Of a DNA stretch of 64,000 bases, positions 37,139 to 50,827 are shown piece by piece. The first letter of the stretch is position 1, and every line of letters starts with the position of its first letter. Both the position numbers and the translations under genes were made by a program. Below the pieces are notes generated by a model, which was not told the DNA's origin, did not search any database, and saw only the letters and a list, made by a program, of their open reading frames with translations. The stretch comes from Octopus bimaculoides (taxonomy: Eukaryota). Location: contig NC_068991.1 in NCBI RefSeq assembly GCF_001194135.2, forward strand, positions 41,161,571 to 41,225,570, given 5' to 3'.

Positions 37139-37746
37139 NNNNNNNNNNNNNNNNNNNNNNNNNNNNNNNNNNNNNNNNNNNNNNNNNNNNNNNNNNNNNN
37201 NNNNNNNNNNNNNNNNNNNNNNNNNNNNNNNNNNNNNNNNNNNNNNNNNNNNNNNNNNNNNNNNNNNNNNNNNNNNNNNNNNNNNNNNNNNNNNNNNNNN
37301 NNNNNNNNNNNNNNNNNNNNNNNNNNNNNNNNNNNNNNNNNNNNNNNNNNNNNNNNNNNNNNNNNNNNNNNNNNNNNNNNNNNNNNNNNNNNNNNNNNNN
37401 NNNNNNNNNNNNNNNNNNNNNNNNNNNNNNNNNNNNNNNNNNNNNNNNNNNNNNNNNNNNNNNNNNNNNNNNNNNNNNNNNNNNNNNNNNNNNNNNNNNN
37501 NNNNNNNNNNNNNNNNNNNNNNNNNNNNNNNNNNNNNNNNNNNNNNNNNNNNNNNNNNNNNNNNNNNNNNNNNNNNNNNNNNNNNNNNNNNNNNNNNNNN
37601 NNNNNNNNNNNNNNNNNNNNNNNNNNNNNNNNNNNNNNNNNNNNNNNNNNNNNNNNNNNNNNNNNNNNNNNNNNNNNNNNNNNNNNNNNNNNNNNNNNNN
37701 NNNNNNNNNNNNNNNNNNNNNNNNNNNNNNNNNNNNNNNNNNNNNN
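37139..37746. other. Assembly gap
   Basis: N run adjoining the second young RTE copy and a (TA)n tract. Confidence 1.
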
Positions 37747-37811
<65 letters not shown>

Positions 37812-38329
37812 CATACACACACACACATACATACATATATATAGCATGCATATGCATACACATACACACATGCAGGAATCCCTTGTGCATTGATTTTCAC
37901 ATAAAATGGGAACAACTTCTCATGGACTTATATTTGAATTCAACAATGACAACAAATCAAATAACATAACCACTTTCATGTAAATAATAACATTTCTGAA
38001 CCTAGACAGTACAAAACATATACATAAAAACGTTTGCAGAGGAATACATAAGAAATAAATAAGAATGCTGTTGATTACTGAGTGAGGGTTATGGTGGAAT
38101 GAAAGTTGCTAGAAGGATGCAGGACACTATTTTCTATCTTACAGTTCATCACCATCAACATCTGTTTGAGAGGTGAAGAACTTATTCAAAATCATTTGAT
38201 CTTTATGGTGCATCCTTTCTTTGTACAGCTCCTCATGTAATGTTTATGTTATATTCACAATTACAGTTGTTATCAGCAAAAACTTGCAAACCTTCTCTTG
38301 TGTGTGTCAATCCTTTAGCAATATTCTTT

Positions 38330-39227
38330 GCAGTCAATTTAAGAGGAGTTGGTAGAACTTCCCTATTCTCATCTATATTCTCAGCTTACTCCTGATCTAA
38401 AAGAATTTACTCCTTGTTATATAAACTGTCTGTATGGTACACTAGCAACTCAGTCACATCATCCTGTAAGATTTCTACAAATCTTTCATCATTTGAAAGT
38501 GTTACAATGTCATTCTGAATTTGATGTAGACTTTCTGCTTATGGAAAACTTATAAGTAACAAATACGGTTTGGCCACATATTTTTTCAAGCACCATCAAA
38601 AGTTGAAAGTTTCACTTCCAACTGCCACCTAAATCAACTATCCATAACATCCACTTAAATTTCAGAAGTCTCTAACAGTAGGTTTCTCCCCTCTGACAAT
38701 TGCTTTCATAAGTTGTTTGAAAGTCTCAGATAATGTCTTCAAGTTAGCCATAACACCTTTATTCATTGACTGGAGCAAAGAAGTTATATTCTTGGGGGTA
38801 TATTCTACTCTCACATTATCAGAAAGCTCATTAAAGTTCACTGTTTGGTTTGGTGCATTGCCTAAAAGAAACAGTTCTTTGTTGGAAATATTCTGTTTTG
38901 GCACTGTACCTTTCTGCAGCAAGATAAAAAAATGTTTATAAACCACTCTTCAAAAAGGCTCTGAGTCATTCATGTCAAAGATAAATTAAACTGCATCACT
39001 CTTGAAAGCTCTTAGATTTTCAGATACATGAGTAGAAGCTTTAATTTTATATAACCAGTAACATTTCCACCAAGAAGAAGCATCAAACTATTTTTGAAAT
39101 CTATAAGTCTTGGTGTTGATATTGCTTCACAAGAAATAAAAGCTCTAGTAAGTACTGGCTTCAAGAAAAGTGTAATTTCATCAACACAGTATACTTGCTC
39201 TAGTGTGTAACACACTTTGGCAATCAT
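38330..39227 (-). mobile_element. Tigger/pogo transposase remnant (DDE_1)
   Basis: YTLEQVYCVDEITLFLK...LMLLLGGNVTG.IKLKLLLMY and LLGNAPNQ...VRVEYTPKNITSLLQSMNKGVMA. Confidence 0.88.
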
Positions 39228-39865
39228 TTTTTTTTCTTTTTTTCATCTGTTCAGGATAATTAGTAACAGTCTCTGTATCACCACTGACAACTTAAAGAAT
39301 TAAAACAGCCACCAAGTTGAACACAACTGGCCAGATATTGTTGAATGGAACCACAGGAAGAAAATATGCTCTGTCATGGAAATGAGCTGCTCTCTGCACA
39401 CCAATATAGTCACAAACATATACAGGAGAAAGATAACATCTATGGACCACTGATTAGGAGTTGGAAAATCCAGTACCCAAGACAAATTTTCAGCAACATA
39501 CTTATTGTTATTGGGGCAACAAGTTATGCACCAGCCAGTCTGGAGCAAAGTATGGTTGAACTTGGGTTTTGAGGAGTAAGAATGCAACTCCTTAATTCAT
39601 ACAACAACAAATGATCATGATATCTGGGATGATAAAAATCTACAAAGCCTTAAAAGATTTAAGGGATAATGAACAAAACAAGATGTTTTCCTTTCCAACC
39701 TTACTACCAAGCAGGTGACCAGTCAAAATTAACTCTGAATTAAAAATAAACACATATGCATACATATGTATAAACATATGTGCATGCATGAATACACACA
39801 TGCATGCACGCGTGCACACACACACACACAAGTAGTATAGATTAATTTTTTCCTACTTGCAATGA

Positions 39866-41550
39866 ACAAGCAGAAGTGCAGTGTCAAGGATTGCTCACCA
39901 TGTCTGGTGTTCAGCAGCCCCCTATTAGGGCTTTTATGGATGACCTAACTGTGACAACAATATTAGTCATGAGGTGCAGGAGGATCCTGAAGAGCCTTGA
40001 GGAGTTGATGACTTGGGTTCACATGAGTTTCAAGCCTCTCAATTGAAGATATCTTGTGCTGAAGAAGGCAGGGTTAGAAACAGCTTCAGCTTCTCAGCCA
40101 GCAGTGATCAGGTAAAACCCATTACTAAGAAACCAGTGAAGAGCCTGGGAAAGGTGGTTAATAGCAGTCAGAGAGACACATCATCTATTCACAATACCAA
40201 CAAAGAATTGAAAGCCTGGCTATCCACAGTAGATAAGTCAGGTCTTACTGGCAAGTTTAAGGCCAGGATTTACCAACATGGCATCCTCTCACAGATTCTT
40301 TGACTGCTTATGTTATATGATGTTCCAATATCTACAGAGGAGAGCTTTGAAAAGAGTCAGTGGGTTCTGTGGAAAGGGTTGGGACGTCTTTGAAGCCTGA
40401 GCAATGTTGCCCTGTATAGAAAGAATAACAAGCTGAGGCTTCCTATTGGCAGCCTGAGAGAAGAATTTGTGGGGACCTATGCAGAGGTGTTACAACACCA
40501 AAACTCCTGTGATCCTGAAGTCTTCCAGTTGTTATTGAGGTCAGAGCAGGACAGAAGTAGAGAGCAGTGGAGGCTGTTAAGGCTGCAGATATAGAGCACT
40601 CGTGGGCATTGTACATTGAAGAAGGGCAATCCTGGATAGCACTACAACACCTCCCTATGATAATATGCAAAGAAAGGACAGGAGCTAGTCCAGAATGTGA
40701 TGCAAGCCTTGGCTGCATAAAATTCCTAATTCAGGCAGTTTATGATGTTCTCTCAAGCCCATCCAACTTGTACTCCTGGAGAAAATTCTAGTCACCAGTT
40801 AGTCTCTTAAACCTAAGAAGAGAAACCCTGAAGCTCTTCCTCAGTAGCTGCCCAAAAAGCACTAAGAGAGGGATGCTACTGCTGGAAGCATGACTAGATT
40901 TTGAAGGTTATAGCAGACACCATTTGAAGCGCACTTAGTCAGTGCAAGTACCTCTGCTCAATGAAGAAGTTTATTACCTATCAGAGCTTGCAGGAAGAAG
41001 ATGCCAGTCTTCTAGGTTTGCCTCCTCAGGCCTATATGCAACAGCAAAAGACTGGGAGCTATAAATTGACCTAGGGAAGCAACTGATGTTCTCAGAAGCT
41101 GTCACCTCAACATCACTAAGGCTGAACATAGTGCTGATCTTAGAAGCATCCAAGCAAGTGGTTCCGTTAGAATTCTCTATTTCCTGGAAGGACTACATTG
41201 AGGAGGCAAACAAGAGTAAGAGGAGAAAGAAAGCTGAACTAGTGGAGTTATATCAAAACAATGGCACCAAGCAAGGTGTGATCCCACTGAGGTGGGATGC
41301 AGAGTGTTTGCACTCTCTATATAAAGCTTACAAGGAGCCTGAACACAGGAGCCTAAACACAGAAAGTTGGCTATGCAGGCAATAGAGTTGCCTTGAGGTG
41401 TGAGCCTTAGAAGATGTGAAACCTGGAAGGGACAGAACAAACTAAAGCTGTGACTAGATCAACCCCAGCTGGGTCACCTGGGTGAAGGTATATGATGTTG
41501 AAAGACCAGAAACACTTAGTGATCCCAGGACACAGCACTGACGATGTGTG
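39866..41550 (+). mobile_element. HERO-type (R2 superfamily, REL endonuclease) non-LTR retrotransposon, 5'-truncated
   Basis: QPPIRAFMDDLTVTT (FMDD at 39933-39944); KPVKSLGK; WLSTVDKSGLTGKFKARIYQHGIL; IKFLIQAVYDVLSSPSNL; LEFSISWKDYIEEAN. The 3' UTR GATCAACCCCAGCTGGGTCACCTGGGTGAAGG..GATGTTGAAAGACC..AAACAC is HERO-like. Confidence 0.9.
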
Positions 41551-42141
41551 TTCAGATACATCACATGATGCTGTATGGAAAAACTGCACAAATATGCGCG
41601 CGCGCGAACGCGCACACAAACAAACAATTAATAAAAAGCAGAAAACATTTAGTATTTTATGCTTTAAAAAACACAAGTTTTGGCAAATTAACTACCAGGC
41701 TTACACAATTTCATGTTCAAAAATTGCTATTATAAATAAGAAATAATTATAAATCTTATTAAATCACCCACTCAGAGTTAAATAACACGAAACTCTCGGC
41801 ATTTGAGTCTTTGAGTCACTCTGTAACTTCTGATGATGATGATGATGATGATAATAATTGGCGTGTGTGTGTGTGTACTGAGCTCGAAATCCCAGAGCCA
41901 TTGTATTTGCTTTACAACAGAACATGAAGCAGAATGTAGCGATCGCATCGGATTGACGGGACAATTAGAAAAATAAAATCGATACAGTCGTCAAGCAGCG
42001 AAATGTTAGAGTCGCGTATTTTATGCATGTTTGTTGTATATTTAGAAATTACTCTATTTTTAACGAGACCAAAGACATTACACACATTGCGTGCGTGAGT
42101 GCGCGCGCGCGTGTGTGAGCGAACGTGCGTATGTATAAAGC

Positions 42142-42176
<35 letters not shown>

Positions 42177-43600
42177 GATATATATGTATATATACATACA
42201 CACATACTGGGAAATGAAACTTGATGATGATGAAGAAAATATGCAAAGAAATAAATGGAACAGATCGGGAATATGTGTTTATATATATATAGGATCTTTC
42301 TATATATATATTGTGTGTGTGTGTTTATATATTGTGCATACTTGCTTTCGTCTTGAGTGATATATATTTATTCACAGAAGATACGTGGTGATTATATATT
42401 TATTGCACAGCAAATTTCTTGGTGAAAAGATTGATTGTAAAAGGTATAGACTCAGACGATGTTTTCTTTATCCCTGGACGAGTTGGGGGGGGGGGGGCAA
42501 AAAAACAAAACAAGGAATAATCGAAAACCTGGCATTCATTTAAAGAATTAAACTATTTTAGCTACATAAATTGCATGATTGCTTCTTTAAAATCATATCT
42601 CCACGATGAATGAAAATCATTTGAATTGATATGTATATATAGGACAAATTTACATACATGCATACATACAGTCAGATGTACGTATGTATTTACGTATTAC
42701 GCAAGTACATACGAACGTACGTATATACGATAAAGTTTTCTTGTGGAATATTATTGTCCCAAATAGGTGAAACATTAACCCAATGAAATTAAATTAAATT
42801 AGAATTAAAGAAACTATAATTAGAAATGTCTAAGATTAATCGATTTTTACAAGCTGAAATATATTTTAAATGTAGAACAAATTTACATGATTATTTATCT
42901 GTTCTCCCTGCAATCATCACCACTTCTCTTTTAAAGACAAATCGTTTGAAATCATTCAGTAATTAGATTTTGATACTTGGGTCAAAGGTCAACAGAACTT
43001 GATTGCAATAAGCGCGACATGTGTTACACAGGCGATGTTTTAAGGTTTAACAATTAAACAATTAAACATCTCTAGCGTAAACAATTATAGTGACAGATGT
43101 AAACATTGCTATTCATAGATACAGTTTTTGTTTTTTGTTTTTAGAAAAAAACCCATTTTGCTTCAATTTTCAGCTGTTGCTAGTTTTGCACATAAATAAA
43201 TAACTGGACTGACAGCAATAATTCTTAATGCCTTTTAATAATTTATAAAAGAGATCTGTCCAACTCACCAGTCTGATCTGGGTACTAACGAGTACGTACG
43301 GCATTTTGCATATGAAAATTATTCGCGATGTCACTTCGATACATAAAACTATTCTACTGACAGATTCCGATATTTGTCAACTGCGCTTGACATCTTGGAA
43401 CATACGGAAGCACAAAGAGGAAGTAAATTCTATGGAAGCGATTTCATAGAGGTGAAAACCAGATAACTCAAAGAGCTGATTAGGCTTTGTTAAGGTGGTT
43501 CAATAAGCTCGAAACATGCCTGGAAGTGTTATTAAGGTTGCCAAAGATTAGAACCCTTTGGTCCACTTTGCACATCTTCATTTAATTTTTAGTTGATTGA
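41550..43600. promoter_or_regulatory. CpG-retaining region around the GCHFR start (promoter / 5' intron)
   Basis: CG dinucleotides are visibly enriched relative to the CpG-depleted bulk of the window, and the region surrounds the GCHFR ATG at 43304. Confidence 0.55.
43269..43304 (-). CDS. GCHFR: GTP cyclohydrolase I feedback regulatory protein (GFRP), coding exon 1
   Basis: Minus strand reads gcaaaATGCCGTACGTACTCGTTAGTACCCAGATCAGACTG|gtgagt = MPYVLVSTQIRL with a canonical donor. It matches the GFRP N-terminus (human MPYLLISTQIRM), has the same 36-nt phase-0 exon, and lies in a CpG-rich region. Confidence 0.96.
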
Positions 43601-43929
43601 AATTTTTAGGATAAACCAAGAGAGTTCTTTCCCCTGCCTCCTCTGAAAATAAATATTCACTAACTTTTTTTTCCAGTTCACCATGTACTGTAGCCAATAC
43701 TTAATAATGTTCTTCATGTAGAAAGCACCCTTGGACAAATTTCCAATGTCATATTTAATTTGTCTAATAAGTAAACGTTCTTCATACCTACACACACAAA
43801 ATATTCCTGTTTGTTGTTCTCAGATCTTGGCAGTTGTTGAATAGTCAATGTTTTATTACTGAAGTCCGATAAGATTGGAACATTCTTGGAATTGTCATCA
43901 TGGCTGCTGAATATCAGACTTCCTCTACC

Positions 43930-44132
43930 CTCTCTTTTACTTGTTTCAGTCATTCGACTGCGGCTATGCTGGAGCACCCCCTTTAGTTGAGCAAATTGAC
44001 CCCAGGACTTATTCTTCGTAAGCCTAGTACTTATTCTATCGGACTGTTTTGCTGAACTGCTAAGTTACGGGGACGTAAACACACCACCATCGGTTGTCAA
44101 GCGATGTTGGGAGGACAAACACAGACACACAA

Positions 44133-44179
<47 letters not shown>

Positions 44180-44221
44180 CGACGGGCTTTGGTCGGCCCG
44201 AGGCTATAGTAGAAGACACCT
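43930..44221 (-). mobile_element. tRNA-derived SINE family A, young copy running into an assembly gap
   Basis: CpG-intact family A sequence about 630 bp upstream of the GCHFR ATG. Confidence 0.85.
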
Positions 44222-44763
44222 NNNNNNNNNNNNNNNNNNNNNNNNNNNNNNNNNNNNNNNNNNNNNNNNNNNNNNNNNNNNNNNNNNNNNNNNNNNNNNN
44301 NNNNNNNNNNNNNNNNNNNNNNNNNNNNNNNNNNNNNNNNNNNNNNNNNNNNNNNNNNNNNNNNNNNNNNNNNNNNNNNNNNNNNNNNNNNNNNNNNNNN
44401 NNNNNNNNNNNNNNNNNNNNNNNNNNNNNNNNNNNNNNNNNNNNNNNNNNNNNNNNNNNNNNNNNNNNNNNNNNNNNNNNNNNNNNNNNNNNNNNNNNNN
44501 NNNNNNNNNNNNNNNNNNNNNNNNNNNNNNNNNNNNNNNNNNNNNNNNNNNNNNNNNNNNNNNNNNNNNNNNNNNNNNNNNNNNNNNNNNNNNNNNNNNN
44601 NNNNNNNNNNNNNNNNNNNNNNNNNNNNNNNNNNNNNNNNNNNNNNNNNNNNNNNNNNNNNNNNNNNNNNNNNNNNNNNNNNNNNNNNNNNNNNNNNNNN
44701 NNNNNNNNNNNNNNNNNNNNNNNNNNNNNNNNNNNNNNNNNNNNNNNNNNNNNNNNNNNNNNN
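44222..44763. other. Assembly gap
   Basis: N run adjoining a young SINE. Confidence 1.
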
Positions 44764-44872
44764 GGAATGCAGCTTTTCAAAATTTATCTCTTAAAAACAT
44801 TTAACTCAACGGTAGACCACTGGTTTCTCAAACAAATGTTTTTAAGAGATAAATTTTGAAAAGCTGCATTCC
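44764..44872. repeat. Perfect 39-bp inverted repeat with 31-nt spacer
   Basis: 44764-44802 versus 44834-44872; the left arm abuts an N gap. Confidence 0.92.
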
Positions 44873-45343
44873 CTCGCTTTCGGTAAATATGTTGCTTATT
44901 TTTGGTAGTTTTTTTTACTTATTTAGTCCCTCGATAGCGTGAGGCATTAATACACAGTTAATGCCCTTTATATATAATTAAATATATCTATGAAGAAACG
45001 ATGAATTTTTTCATTATGAAATTTTTCGTTATTTTTTCATTATGAGGTTTTTTTTCACGCTGACTACTTGATAAATTCTTATAAAGAATTTATCCTATAT
45101 TATATTATATATATATATAGTTCACAGATGAGATACAGATATTCTCCATGTAGAAGACACTTAGTAATACTCAAAAGATTCAAACTTAGACTCCGATGTC
45201 TTTACAAGGTAAAGAAAGGTTATAAGAGGGATTGAGTTGTGTGGGTATATAAGCAATTATTTGAATAAACATATTTTGTATTTGATGTATTTAATATATT
45301 TAATATATTAGATGTGTCTAATTTGTTTATCCACATAATTTGC

Positions 45344-45377
<34 letters not shown>

Positions 45378-45849
45378 ATGCTCGTGTGTGTATGTTTGTG
45401 TGTGCATGCATGTGTGTGTGTGTGTGTGTGCATGTGTGTGTATGTACGTGTGTGTGTGTAAGTTAATTAGAGGATATATTAACCTCTTAATGGGATGATT
45501 ACATCCAAGAATACTCTGGTTCAATACCTTACATCTTTGGGAAATAAATTTCCCTAAATCAATAGGTATATATTAAACATATAATCCATATTCAATTAAG
45601 AGAAGAAAGTGGAGAGTTAATGGTTAATAAATATTTATTAATAAATTGATAACCATTCATTTTTACAATTGTTTCAATTTGTACTCCTACAATAAATTAC
45701 AATATTTCCCTGATGATATTTTGCTCATAACTTATAAATGCAGATTCATTGCATAAATTTGGAATTTATTGAATGAGTACAAATTGAAACAAATGTAGGA
45801 ATGAATGGTTATCAATTTATAAAGAAAATAAGGAATGACAAACACGATG

Positions 45850-46470
45850 ATGTGATACAGAAATCTCCATTTGTACCTGCAAGTAGCCTGGTATTGAGTG
45901 ATCAAACTGGTGGCAATAGAGGAGCATTTGAGTTTTTCTCTTTCATTCAGAGCAAGTGGCACCCTTGCACTGAATTTTTGGATTTTATCCACTGAGCAAA
46001 GGTGACAGGTGACAGTATCATGAAATTATCCTGTCTGCTGGGCTAATTCTCTTGTGGATTGACATCAATCAATCTTCAGTGAACTGAACAGTTTGACTGG
46101 ACTGTGAAGAGTCTGTGAGGTTGAATTTCCGTTTTTTGAAGAAGGAAAACCATTTCTGTGCAGTTCTGTCAGTAATGGCACCTTCTCTGAACACAGCACA
46201 AATTTCTTGAGTGGTTTTGGCAGCTTTGGAACCTTGATTGAAAGCAAAGAGAACTAAATGTTGAAAATGCTCGTTTTTCTCTACACGGCACTCCATCATC
46301 ATATGTCTGGAAGTAATTTAAATTTATTCAAATTTCAAAAGTGATAAATAAAAGTTGTTGAGGAAAAATAACACTAAAAAAAACCCATAAAACTTGACAA
46401 CAAAAACATTTTTCATATTAATTCAAATAACTTTGGAAAGAAACAAATGAACTTATCTGATGATCCAATA
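45850..46470 (-). mobile_element. mariner remnant, 5' TIR and N-terminal HTH
   Basis: KNEHFQHLVLFAFNQGSKAAKTTQEICAVFREGAITDRTAQKWF and KFSARVPLALNE (WVPHEL-like); TIR-like TATTGGATCATCAGATAAGTTC at the right end. Confidence 0.85.
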
Positions 46471-47989
46471 TATATCATCACCATCCTCATTTAACATCCA
46501 TTTTTCTTGCTGGCATTGTTTATATGGGTTGACAGGATCCCTTAGGCTGCAGAACTGCATCAGGCTTCAATGTATGCTAATGATAGTTTTCTCACTAATA
46601 TTATAATTCCAATTAATAAAATATTTTCATCCCACTCATCCTAATTATTGTGACCTCCAAGTATCTAAATATATTACAGAGTTATTAGAGTGAAATCATT
46701 TTGAAATGTTCATATATTCACGTTTTTAAAACACTTTTTTAGCGATACAGAGAGAATATTAAAAATCAAGTTGTAAGTAAGTGTACAATAAATGATGATT
46801 TTTGATACTGAAATATCATTGAAAGAAAATTATGATTTCTTACTTACACATAGAAGAGAGGGGGACAATATTTTGACGAGCACTTTTATCTTAGTGACCC
46901 AAGAAGTGGGTAAAGACAAATCCAGGAGGATTTGAACTCAGAGTATACTTAGCATATTACAGTGTATTTTGTCCAGTGCTTTATCTATTCTTCCATTGTG
47001 TAAGATTACAAATTGACAAATATTTTTTTGATTTAGGCACAAGGCCAGCAATTTTTGATGGGAGAGGGCTAGTTGATTCTATTGACCCCAGAAACTGACA
47101 GGTACTTTATTTTATCAATTCCCAAAAGATAAAAGGCAAAGTTGATCTTGGTAGAATTTAAATGTAGAACATAAAAAAACTGGAAGAAAAGAAATACTGC
47201 AAAGTAATTTTTCTTGTGCTCTAATGACTGTCAGCTTACCTTATATAGTGCAGCTGTCACATTTTCAGTCCTCATTTGCTGATAAAATGTCTTTATCATC
47301 AAAACTGAAGAAAACATATTATTTTGTTTTGATTCTGTTAATTATTTTCTTATTCATTTATTTTCTCTGACCATCAGAAATCTGTTTATCAACCACCTTT
47401 CTCAAAGACTTGACTTCAAAATTGCCAGCAATTTATCAATTCCCTTCTCTCATTTCTTAAACTTATTATTAAGTAAACAGAGAAAAGAAACAGGAAACAT
47501 ATCTTGGCCTTGAGTGAGTTTTATGAGCTAAGCAAGATGTGTTCTAAAATAAAGTGAGAACCTAGAACTTATTGCTTTGAACTTCAGTATTTTGCTCAAA
47601 GCACTGTACAGTACTTTGTAAGTATATTCTTTAGTCAAGATATGTCTTTAAAATATCTGAGATGGAAAGAGTAGATGAGGGGGTCAAATTAATATTTATA
47701 TAAAGTTATCTATTATTTAATATTACAAATATAACTCTATATGAACGAATATTTATGTAAAGTTATCTCACTTATTATTCAGTTATTGTGGTTCCTTTGA
47801 TATTTCTTTTTAATTATTATTTGGTTTTACTATTTACTGAAGTGTATCTATTTTGTAACAGAAACCAGAAATAGTCAGAAACAATTAGAAACAGAAAACC
47901 CACTGTGATGTAATACACAACATGACCTTTATGAATGTATTTATTTATGAATGTAAGGACAGGACACTTTAGATCACTGCACCTTTCGA

Positions 47990-48360
47990 ATGAGATGGCA
48001 AGGGACAGAAATACCTGGTGCTTTGCTGTACTCAAGAAGATCTGTCCTCCACAGCAGAAGTGTTAAAGCCACATCCCTTGGTGAAGAGAATTGGCCTGCA
48101 AGAGTCCTGTGCCAGTGCCATGTAAAAAGTACTTATGTTGGTGCCATGTAAAAGGACTCATGCCAGTGGCTTGTTAAAAGTACCCTACATACACTATAAA
48201 GTAGGTGGAGTTAGGAAGGGCAACCAGCCATAGAAACCAAACCAAACCAGACTGGAACCTGGTGCAGCTTTCTGGCTCGCCAGCTCCAATTGAACTGTCC
48301 AACCCATGCCAGTATAGAAAATGGACGTTAAAGGATGATGGTGAAGATGATGATGTATTT
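47990..48360 (+). mobile_element. RTE LINE 3' end, older copy
   Basis: Same 3' UTR architecture as 22905-23316. Confidence 0.75.
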
Positions 48361-48584
48361 AGATTAAAATAAAAAAATGAAATGGCAAAACATTTAGCAT
48401 CACTTACTTTGTCATTTTTCATTTTAATCTGTATCAACCCACTCAAAGAGAAATCACTTCTAGCTGCCTTTGATAGGCAGTCTCAACTCCACACTTTACA
48501 GCTGCAGAATTTTAGTGGTAAACTAAACTGAGCACTCATAGTAATATATCTATTACATTACATCAGTTGACAAAAAATTCCTTG

Positions 48585-48661
48585 TATATTCTCTATGAAT
48601 ATATTTATATATTCTCTATGAATATATTTATATATTCTCTATGAATATATTTATATATTCT
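48585..48661. repeat. 23-bp minisatellite, 3.3 copies
   Basis: (TATATTCTCTATGAATATATTTA)x3 plus a partial copy. Confidence 0.95.
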
Positions 48662-50382
48662 ACTGATTTGGTAATTACACATAATTTCATATTGCAATGA
48701 TTACCATGTTTAACACTGAAATGGAGGAATTCAGTTCTGATAATTGATAGTTGAAATTCACATTATTAATTTTCTGAAGTTTGAACCATTTATTTATACA
48801 TTTGAATTGTAGATAGCCATTTGCATTCTGACTGTATTTTCCAAAAATAATTTTTGGATAATTTTTTTTAGTATTTACTATCAACCATGTATAGTGCATT
48901 GAACCCAACAAACTGTGGAATATTTCTTGTTATAGTTGGAAAATCTTGGCTGCATTCCTGGATTTGATAGTTCTGCTGATATGAATCTATTGCATTCTTT
49001 TGGCTCTAATGCTGTCCTTTTTGAAAAAACTAACAATAGCAATGAGGTGACCCATGTTTTTGAAACTCTATAGTTCACATGTTCTGCAATTTCTCCCAGA
49101 ATGCCTTTTCTATTACACCACCTTATAAATTTTTAAGGTGTTACTTTGGCGTGTGATCTACAACTTCAAGGGTGAGTACTCTAGATTAGTTTTTAGCTTC
49201 TTTATGCTGAAAAACTCATAGCTGCCAAACTTGTGTGATCTACGCACTTATTCTAATTATTATATTGTTTATTCTTGGTTTCTTATTATTTACTAAGACA
49301 TAATTGAAACATGGTTTTATTATTATTAAAATAGTAAGAATTTTGAAAAAATACATTTACAATGCTAAGTATGTACAAAAGAATTTATTGTAAAAGTTAA
49401 TGTTAAAATGTTAAGTGATTTTAGAAATTGAAAAGTAAACTAAAAAGTAATCTAAAGTAATTGCATTTTAGGTTGCAGATCACATGCCAAAGTAGCACCT
49501 TTTAAAGTTTCCTATAGAAACCTTTTTGTATATTCTGGTCTTTCAGCAGCTCTTTGCCTAGGATACACACTTTAACTAAAATGTTTTTCAATTCTGACTA
49601 TATGTATACAATTCTGTATGTGAAAGGAGTGATAAAATACTGTTTTTCAAATGTTTGTACAATTGCCATAGAACTTGCATGTGTCATACATATCCTAGGA
49701 AGGTTGGTGCTATGATTATTCTTTTAATATTAATTGATTTGAAAGTGGCAAGCTGGCAGAATTGTTAGCATGCCTGGCAAAATGCTTAGTCTTTATGTTC
49801 AAATTCTGTTGAGATCAACTTAGCCTTTCATCCTTTTAGGGTCAATAAAATGAGAACCAGTTGAACATTGGGTCGATGCAATCAATTATCCACATCCCCC
49901 AAAATTGCTGGCCTTGTGACAAAATTTGAAACCAATATTTATTGATTTGGTGTCAATATGACCATAAATAATTTGATACGATTCAGCTGTGAGAAATTTT
50001 TTTATTTATCTGATCCAGTTTAATCTGGTTTCTCCAGTTTTAAATATACATCACAGTAATGGTCTTGTGTTGAATGATATGAATAGTGAAGGTTATTGAA
50101 ATCATTATCATGAATTATTAGCCTATATTTGTAGTAATCTATGAATGTTATCTCTTTAGACCTCCTTGCAACATTGCATGTTAAGCCAGCTTTTCACTCC
50201 TGATCACAGAAAGGGAATAACAATAGAAATTGCATTGAGTCATTGTTTGGATGAAGAGACTAAAATGTTTGAAATTAAGCCTCTCTTATGACAACCCTTT
50301 TATGTAACCATAAAAGTTGTTCTGGATGAAGTGTTTCCAAGTTAGTGTCTAGTATACAACTTCTACAATTGCCCAATTGTAT

Positions 50383-50827
50383 TGTAGGCGACAGGGCCAC
50401 CATCATTGGGTAACCCTATCCCGTACAAATCAATTCTCTTCAATAAAAATGAAAACGCTGGATAAATTGAATAACAGCATAACAAATATTTATTATGAGG
50501 TGCTCAGCCTACACCTGGGGTAACAGAATTACCAGATCGCCCTTTATGGTTGGTGTGAAGACGGTGTCGATGCTGGTTGATTAAGTCATTCTTCAGCCTC
50601 CAAAGTAGTTTGCGTAGACTCAAAGGTAGAGTTGCGGAGCGGCTCTTAGTGACCTGTCGTCTCCTCAAATGTGCAGCACTAAGAGGTCGAGAAAAGGCGG
50701 GAACGCTTTGATATAGGATGACCACGCATGTGCATGAGGGATTTCCTGCATGCTTTCCGGAAGACATGTCCCTGCGCATGCGTAGACGAACTTCCCAAAA
50801 TGGCGACTGGTATTAGGCGTCACTACA
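50383..50827 (-). mobile_element. Solo LTR (445 bp), probably Gypsy-type
   Basis: TGTAG...CTACA termini flanked by the 4-bp direct repeat GTAT (50379-50382, 50828-50831). On the minus strand a TATA-like CCTATATC (about 50715) precedes AATAAA (50494-50489). GC- and CpG-rich relative to its flanks. Confidence 0.85.

Noticed and set aside
48936-49046. Exon-like plus-strand segment (LENLGCIPGFDSSADMNLLHSFGSNAVLFEKTNNSNE)
   Set aside because: The donor is mediocre and I found no partner exons or homology, so it cannot be supported.
50504-50779. 91-aa ORF and ATGGCG start-like context
   Set aside because: It lies wholly within the solo LTR; the higher GC content explains the open frame.
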